DNA of 64,000 bases from the human T2T-CHM13v2.0 reference genome, Homo sapiens. Position 1 is the stretch's first letter. Each line of letters starts with the position of its first letter. The position numbers and the translations under genes were made by a program. Positions 56,104-64,000 of this stretch are shown piece after piece. The DNA is taken from assembly GCF_009914755.1 (NCBI RefSeq), contig NC_060931.1; one strand, given 5' to 3'. The notes under the pieces are model-generated. The model made no database searches. It had not been told where the DNA came from and was given only the letters and a program-made list of their open reading frames with translations.

Positions 56104-58423
56104 CTTGACACTTGAAATGAAAGAAAGTCATGTTTTGAGCAGCATAGAGTTAGAACATTCTTTTTTTTCCTAATATTGGATTATAAAACATTTTAAAACA
56201 TAGCAAATTCGAAAACAATTCATATAGTGACGATTTTGAGTCATGAACTTTCACTTTACTTGCTTTCTCACATAAGGGTGCCTCTATGCATCCCACACCC
56301 ATCCACTAATCCATCTTATATTTTTGACACATCTCAAAGTAAAATGGGCATGTAGTGCACTTCCCCCACACACTTCAGCATCACATTATTCATCAGAGTT
56401 CAACATGTGTTTACAGATTTTCTTCTTTTGAGTCAAGTTAAGATACAATGAAATGCGCTAGTCTTAAGTGTAGACTCACCAGTTCTGACAAATGCAGACA
56501 CCTACGTAACCCAAGCCCTTGTTGGGTGATATAAAGCATTCCTAAAACATCTCTAATGATGAGATCCAATCAGCAAAAGGGGACTGGTCTCTGTACTCGT
56601 TAAGCCTCTAGCGTCAGCTAATATTCCAAGTAGAGGGAAACGGGAAGCTGTCATGATTCAGTGCCAAAAGGGCAAGGACTGACACTGAGTGTTGGGAAGT
56701 TACATGCAGGAGAGGTCAGCCTGGCCTGAGATGTCTCGTTCCATATGTGGAGAATGGACAGGAGGTACCAGTGCATGAAGTGAATAAACGTATGCAAAAA
56801 GGACATCACTTTCAGTAACTTCTAGCTGCAGAATCACGATCAGCAATTAAAGGTCACCTTCACAAGGCCCTTCCTAAGAGGCTGGGTTCTTCTACTTGTC
56901 TCAATCTGAAGGAAACTGAGGCAGAAAAAGTATATTTGGATAGTACATTTATTATATTGAAAATCTGCCCCTATATCCCAACACCCTCCATCTTACAACC
57001 TTGACGTGCAGTAAGTAGGATTAACACTATTAGATGATATTTACCTTGCAGCTCGCAGCTATACAAGCTGTGCACTGAACAACTACAGGGAGCACCATTC
57101 ACATGAGCATTGAGATGACTGAGCTATTTGGAATTATTCAGTGGCTTGTCCAAGTCACACAATTGTTAAGTGAGATAACTAGCTAGAACCCTGACTTCTG
57201 ATGCAAACACCGGTGTGGTGTTTTTAATCAAACCCTCTACTCAATCATTCCTTATCTTTGAACTGAAATTTGCAGCTTAGTCACGGAACATTTTTATTCA
57301 CCTCTCAATAGCCCTCTGAGGTTTATTGATGAAAAAAATTATTGCAGATATAAACATAATTTTCTGTATTTTTGTATTTCACATATTACAGTGAGGGAGG
57401 CAGATCCCATTTGCAGATGTGGGACCAGACTTAACTCTTTCACATGCAAATGTGAAACTTTTGTGTTTTGCTGCAGTTGATCAATGGTCATTTGTGCCTC
57501 ACTGCAATGACTGTGAAACCCATCTACCATTTGTGTAGAAGCTTGCAACTGGAAACCCAGCATGCCCACTTTTTATCACAAACTGAAAGTAAACATGTGT
57601 GACAAGAACCCCTTCATAGGACTCCAGAGGGAAACTTTTGCCGCCCCGCAATCCCAGGCTAGACATTTCTTCCTGCAGATTTTCATCCATATCTTTGGCC
57701 CTGGCAGGAATCTGATGAGTGATTTCTGTGCAGCTTCAGCTCAGCTGAGGACACTTAACAAAGTCATATGTGTGACAAAACCCAGCTGCTTCAACTGGAA
57801 ATGAGTTTGGCAGCAATGGTCCGGAACAGCAATAAATTGAATACCCAAGAGCTAAAGGTCATCCTGCCCCCAGAACCAGTGCTGCAGCTAACAAAGGACA
57901 AACAAAGGATAGCACAGTGCTTCACAGCCTGGGCTCAGAAGTCAGAGTGCAGGAGCATGGCAAGAGGCACTGCACGTTGTGTGACCTTGGGCAAGGAACT
58001 TAACCTCACTGAGCCTCAGGTTCCTTTACTTTACAATTGGGAAACAAGTATTACCTCCTGGGGTAGTTGTGAGTTGTGTGAGGAGTTAGTGGAATAATGT
58101 CCCTGGAATACTTAGCACAGTGCCCGGCCTGGGATGGTCTTCAGTAAATATTGGTCATTTTCGTTATTCTTCCAACACTTATCTATATTGAAAATCCAGA
58201 ATCAAAATGCCTATATCAGGAGGATTGCTTGAGATCAGGAGGATCGCTTGATTGCAGGAGTTTGAGGCTACAGTGAGCTGACTGAGCCACTGCACTCCAG
58301 CCTGGGCAACAAAAGGAGATCCCATCTCTAAATATAAATGAATATATATGTATATATGCTTATATGAACCTAAACTACCCTAGAACATGGTGTTCCTACA
58401 TTTTCATAAAAAACCTTGGTTTA

Positions 58424-58825
<402 letters not shown>

Positions 58826-59905
58826 TCACCTCCAGACTTTCCAATTCGGAAGGTCCAGGGCAGGGCCTAAGAATTTGCATATCTAACAATTCCAAAGCAA
58901 TGCTGATGCTGTTGTTCCAACTGCTTGTTGAAAACCACTGTTGAGAATTTTTTTCTACTCTGTGGCAAACCAGGGAATTCTCTGTTTACATCAAGGTAAT
59001 TTGATTAACACCTACTCATGAATACAAGTAGAAATTTGTTTAATACCTACTCATGACCTCACTTCCTGGGTATCCGCTCTCCTGGTATTTACTCACGCAC
59101 ATGCGCACTCACACACACCTTCCCTGTCCATAATTATCAAGTGGTGAAGGAGCGCTGAAGGGGTCAGGTGTTCTTACTCTTCCTCTCAGTGACCTACCTG
59201 ACCCTGGTCCAATTTCTGAGCTGCCATGTGTAATGACCCTAATGGCATTGTAAATTGTGTCATTAATATTGCGGGAAGAGAAAGCTTGTTAAGGGACAAA
59301 GTTGTTTCACATGCCACAAAATTCCCAAACAAAGCATATTCTTAAGCAGATTCACATACAGCATTTTACTGATATTAACTTCAAAAATAAATATATTTTT
59401 GAGTGTGGAAAAATAAACCACTCTTGTTTATAATCAAGCCACTCACCATTCACAAATCAAAGATAACAGACCACTTGGCAGCTTTTAGAGGTGAGTAACA
59501 AAATGTGTCGGGGCTGTAATTACGTATTTAAATGTGACAAGATTAATCTCAGGGCTCCCTGAATAGAACTGTCTATTTTGGGTGCCTCCACACTAGAGCT
59601 GCAGCCTCTAACTTCATGTGTTCCAGATGTTCCAGGGGGTCACAAATGTGTCATGAATTTCAACAGGGTTATACAAACACTTTAAAGCTTCATTCCACTT
59701 TATTTTTTAGAAAACAATATAATTCTCCCTGGAACTAGAAACAAAGACCTGCCAGTAAAGGTTTCCCAGTTGTGCCTGTTTAGATGACAGAAAAGAGAGG
59801 GAAGTTCACAGTGGGCTTGTTGATGTAGATGTGTCAGGGGAAGCTTCTTGGGGGTCTTGAAGGAGATCACTGGACGGAGAGTGGTGGGTGGGTGGGGTGG
59901 GGGTG

Positions 59906-60082
59906 GAGGGATCACCGCAGACAGAGGAAACTGTGTGTGGAAATGCAGGAGGCGTGGAAATGCAGGAGGCATGGAAATGCAGGGGCATGAAACTGTGGGC
60001 ACGTGCAGCAGAGGGATCACCGCAGACAAAGGAAATTCTGTGTGGAAATGCAGGGGCCGTGAAGCTGCGGGCGCATGCAGCA
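59906..60082 (+). repeat. Two-copy tandem repeat (105 + 72 bp) with an internal 17-mer triplication
   Basis: Both units begin gagggatcaccgcagaca and end tgcagca. Unit 1 has tggaaatgcagg three times, unit 2 once. Confidence 0.92.
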
Positions 60083-61384
60083 GTCTGTATGTCGTCCCAT
60101 TCATGCAGGAATAGAGGGAAACAGAAGAGACAGATGAACAGGCAAACGCTAGTGGGACCATGTGATGCCCCAAGTGACATGCTGGGATGAGTGGACCTTA
60201 TCCTATCGGGCTTTAAAAGCAATTGTGGTAAAATACACTTAACATAAAATTACCACTTTAACCATTTTAAAGCGTATGATTCGGTAGCATTTAGTATATT
60301 CACACTATCTTGTTGCAGAATATTTTCACCACCCCAAAGGAAACCCATATACATCAGTAATCACTTCCCACTCCCCCTCTCCCCATCAGCCCCTGGCAAC
60401 CATTAATCTGCTTTCTGTCTCTATAGACTTGCCTATTCTGGATATATCCTAGAGGGTTTTAAGTAGGGTAGTGACATGCTTATGTTTGCATTGTAGAAAA
60501 ATGACTTAATGTCTAAGGAGAAGGCTAATTTGGAAGGGAGTCATACTGGTACAAGGAGACTACCAAATCAGGTGAGAGGATGTGGGCTCATGGGAGGGAT
60601 GGGGAGAAGGGGAAGGAGAAGAGGGTAGTAAGATGGAACCAATAAAATCAGTGATTAATCCGATATAAAGGTTAAGTGAGACTTTCTCTACCCATCCCCA
60701 ACAAATCCTCCCCATTTCAGGCTTCTGACATGGGCAGATTTGCAAAGGTGGTGCTACTCACCAGGAAAGAGAAAAGAGCCACATGGGAGCTGCAAGTTTG
60801 GCAGGCAGAATATGTAGGATTGGTTTATTGTTTCTGCTTTCCAGTATAGAATGATGCATACCCTCAAGAGAATCTGCTTGTTGTGGTTTCTGATTTACAT
60901 GTAAGTTCTTTTCACTACTTTTATGCCATTCCACATTTACTAAATCTTATCTTTTAGTTTGCTTTCAGACACTAACTATAAGTAGAAATAACGTAAATAG
61001 CATTCAAATAAAAATATATTGAAAAGGTACTTGGGAACGAGAATAAAAAACAAGCCAAAGCTTGTTAGCAGACACTTCCTAACAAAGAACGCAATAAGTC
61101 ACTTTCGAAAGAATGAAAAAACAGCAGAGATCAAGGCTGGGAGTTGCTTCAACAGCACTCAGGGAAACGATTCTTGAGGTCTCCCACTGTACACCTCTGG
61201 TGTAGCAAATGGTTATTGAATAGAATGAGAAAAGGAGCTTCTAGGTGCTTCAGGAGACCCACATGTAGCCATCATAATGGTACATATTCTAGAGCAGTTA
61301 AAACTTTTGGTGCTCCTTTACAACATCCCCAAGGGGCTTCCTATGTACACCATCTTAATCAGTTGCAACAATACTGTTTGTAAT

Positions 61385-62670
61385 TTAGGACTTCCACTTC
61401 TGACTGTGACACAATAGCATGTACCAAACCAATCTTATTCCACAGAAAACAATAGAAGCTGAATTAAAAAGAAAATAAGCTGTTTAAAGGTATCAGAGAG
61501 CAACCAAGCCTTGAGAGAGGCCATGATCGTAGAGAAAAGGGAATCACAAGGAAGTGAGCCTAACATTTTGTGCTGCTTTTCCCTTTGGGAAATTCACCAA
61601 TTTTTAAGCTTCTCTGACCAAGACGCCAAGTCAAAAGCGGCAGATAAGAGAATGAAAAGCTCATTAGTCTTACGGTGCTTGAGAGACCAAAAAACAAAAA
61701 CAAAGAAAACCCCAAAAGAAACAACAACAACAAAAAATTGGAGTTGCAAGCCTGTCAAGGAGGGACAGCACTGGTAAGCACTGCAGGCTTTCCATCAGAT
61801 CCGTGAAAGACAATGCCTTGGAAGTAATAAGAAACCAGAAACAGGTTAGTCCTCACAAACCTTGAAATCAAGCACTGAACCAATCGTCTCAATCCCAAAC
61901 TTTATCAAGGTGATATGCCTCTACTCTGTATGCCTTCTAGAAAAAATTAAATCCTTTTGGAAGAAAAATAACATTTTTCTTCATATATTTTTTGTACATT
62001 TTCTTCAACATTTAATAAAATTTAATAGGCATGACAAAGAACAAGAGCAATGACTAAAATTTAAGGAGAAAAAAAGATAACAGAGACCACAAATGATCCA
62101 GATATTAGAGTTACCAGGTACACATTTTAAAGTAACTGTGAACAAAATATGCAAGATGTTAGGTATAGAAAAATAATTCACAAGATAATTAGAATATATA
62201 CAAGAGAATCAAATGGAAGTTCTTTAACTAAAAAGTTACTCATTCATTGTTCATTGAAATTAAGAACTCGATCGATGTTTTAGCAATAGATTAGGCATGC
62301 AGAAGAAACACTATATGAACTGGAAGTTAGGTCAGTAGAGGATATCCAGACTGAAGCATGGAGAATAAAGGTATGAAAATTCAAAAAAAAAAAAAAAAGA
62401 AGAAGAAGAAGACATGAAACCATGAAACATTTAACTTATGTTTAACTGGAATTTTAGGATAAAATGATAAGGAAGAAATGGGGCAAAAGAAACAAATAGT
62501 AACATTCAGAGATACTGACTGAAAAATTTCCAAAATTGACAAAAGTTACCAAGCCAGTTTTGAGAAGCTCTATGAATCCTAGATAGAATAAACACAAAGC
62601 AAACTAACCACATCATAGTACACATAATAGTATATTAGTAATAGTATATTACACTATAGTATGTGTATGT

Positions 62671-62710
<40 letters not shown>

Positions 62711-63195
62711 AATAGCATTTTGCTAAAAGCAAAGACAGAGAAAATCTTAAAAGCTGTCACAGAAAAGGAAACAGTACTTTCAGTACCTTCAAAGCAGCAA
62801 GAAAACTGACTATTCAACAGAAACAATGAAAGCTGGAAGACAGTGAAATAATATCTTGAAAGTTCTTAAATAAAATATCTGCCAACCTAGAACTTGTATA
62901 GAAATGAAGACCTTGTAAAGATATTTTCAAGGAAACAAAAAATTGGAAAAGGTTTTTGTCAGCAGACCTGCACTAAAAGAAGTACGAAAGACTGTTCTTC
63001 AGACAGAAGGAAAATTATCCATAATGGAAACATGAAAATGCAGAGGAGAATGAACAGCAACTGAGAATTTACATATGTGAACACAAGTAAGGAGTATCAA
63101 TAATTAATAATGTCTTCTGGAGTTTGAACTATGTAGAAGTTTTTCAAAAGACAGTACTTGCACAAAAAGGGTGTAAAGTGAGTTAAAGTGTTGTA
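61385..63195 (+). mobile_element. Old L1M 5' region / ORF1 remnant, with (CA)n at 62672-62706
   Basis: A-rich ORF1-like text (atccagatattagagtta, gaaacaatgaaagctggaagacagtg, agcagacctgcactaaaagaa). Confidence 0.75.
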
Positions 63196-63198
63196 AGG

Positions 63199-63540
63199 CA
63201 GCAGTCCCCAACCTTTCTGACACCAGGGACCAATTTTGTGGGAGACGGTTTTTCCATGCACAGGGTTGGGGAGTGGGGGATGGTTTGGGGATGACACTGT
63301 TCCACTTCAGATCATCAGGCATTAGATTCTCATGAGAAGCGCACAACTAGATCCCTCACATGCGCAGTTCACAATAGGGTTCCCCTCCTATAAGAATCTA
63401 ATGCTGCCACTGATTTGACAGGAGGCGGAGCTCAGACAGTAATGCTTGCCTGCACTCACCTCCTGCTGTGTGGCCTGCTTCCTAAAAGGCCACAAACAGT
63501 TACCAGTCTGTGACCGAGGGATTGGGGGCCCCTGTTGTAA
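63199..63540. mobile_element. MER1B-like hAT element
   Basis: cagcagtccccaacctttctgacaccagggacc...gcattagattctcat...gggattgggggcccctg, with terminal inverted ends. Confidence 0.85.
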
Positions 63541-64000
63541 GGTACACTTTTATATCTGGACAATGGTAAATGTATTGACTCAAAGCTGACTTTCTTAAAT
63601 CAGGATATATGTCATAATCTCTACATAAACATAAAGGATAGATAAAATAATCTACTATTATCAAGTTAATAGTGGTAAAAGGGGAGGGCAGTATGACTTC
63701 CAAATAATAGATTGAATAAAAGGATGAGAGTAAGTGGAAGGGGCATTACTGCATGATATGAGAAACAGACTTCTGACAATCAGGGTACTCAAATGAGAAG
63801 AAATCTTGTGATACGTTCCTTCCTTTTAGAGAGATACAGAATGAACACCTGAGAGGTGAAGACCTTTCACTCAAATCTGTTAGCCTTATTTCACCAGATC
63901 AGTTAGACGTGCTTTGAACGTGTCTATTAAAAAAAAGTCATGGAAAATTTTCTCTGTATTAACTCCAAGAATTTCTGTGTTAATTTCAGCAAGGTTGGGA

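Noticed and set aside
59906-60082. Repeat-spacer appearance suggesting a CRISPR-like array
   Set aside because: Simple tandem duplication without unique spacers, in primate DNA with no cas genes.
59700-60222. 157-aa and 138-aa ORFs with internal peptide repeats
   Set aside because: Produced by the tandem repeat; they do not resemble a CPVL exon.

Overview
Human (primate) genomic DNA, recognisable from its proteins as the TRIL-CPVL interval (7p14; chromosome band from memory). Two protein-coding features are supported, both on the minus strand. One is the complete single-exon TRIL ORF (15134-17569, 811 aa; signal peptide, LRRs, FN3, transmembrane helix) inside a ~3.4 kb CpG island with a ~2.3 kb 3' UTR. 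The other is the terminal coding exon of CPVL (55300-55410), which the ORF track misses. The rest is mostly interspersed repeats: many Alus, L1, L2, MaLR LTRs, two MER82s, a hAT-Charlie remnant, and a ~5 kb decayed ERV-L provirus with readable protease, RT, integrase and dUTPase remnants, PPT and 3' LTR. Worth follow-up: a ~344 bp AT-rich inverted repeat (PATRR-like), two uORFs in the TRIL leader, an LTR-borne splice donor plus candidate exons for a transcript antisense to CPVL, a recursive-splice-like site past TRIL, and a G4 + TGGAAA tandem repeat. I found no convincing new multi-gene system. Repeat subfamily names are by eye and need RepeatMasker/Dfam confirmation.
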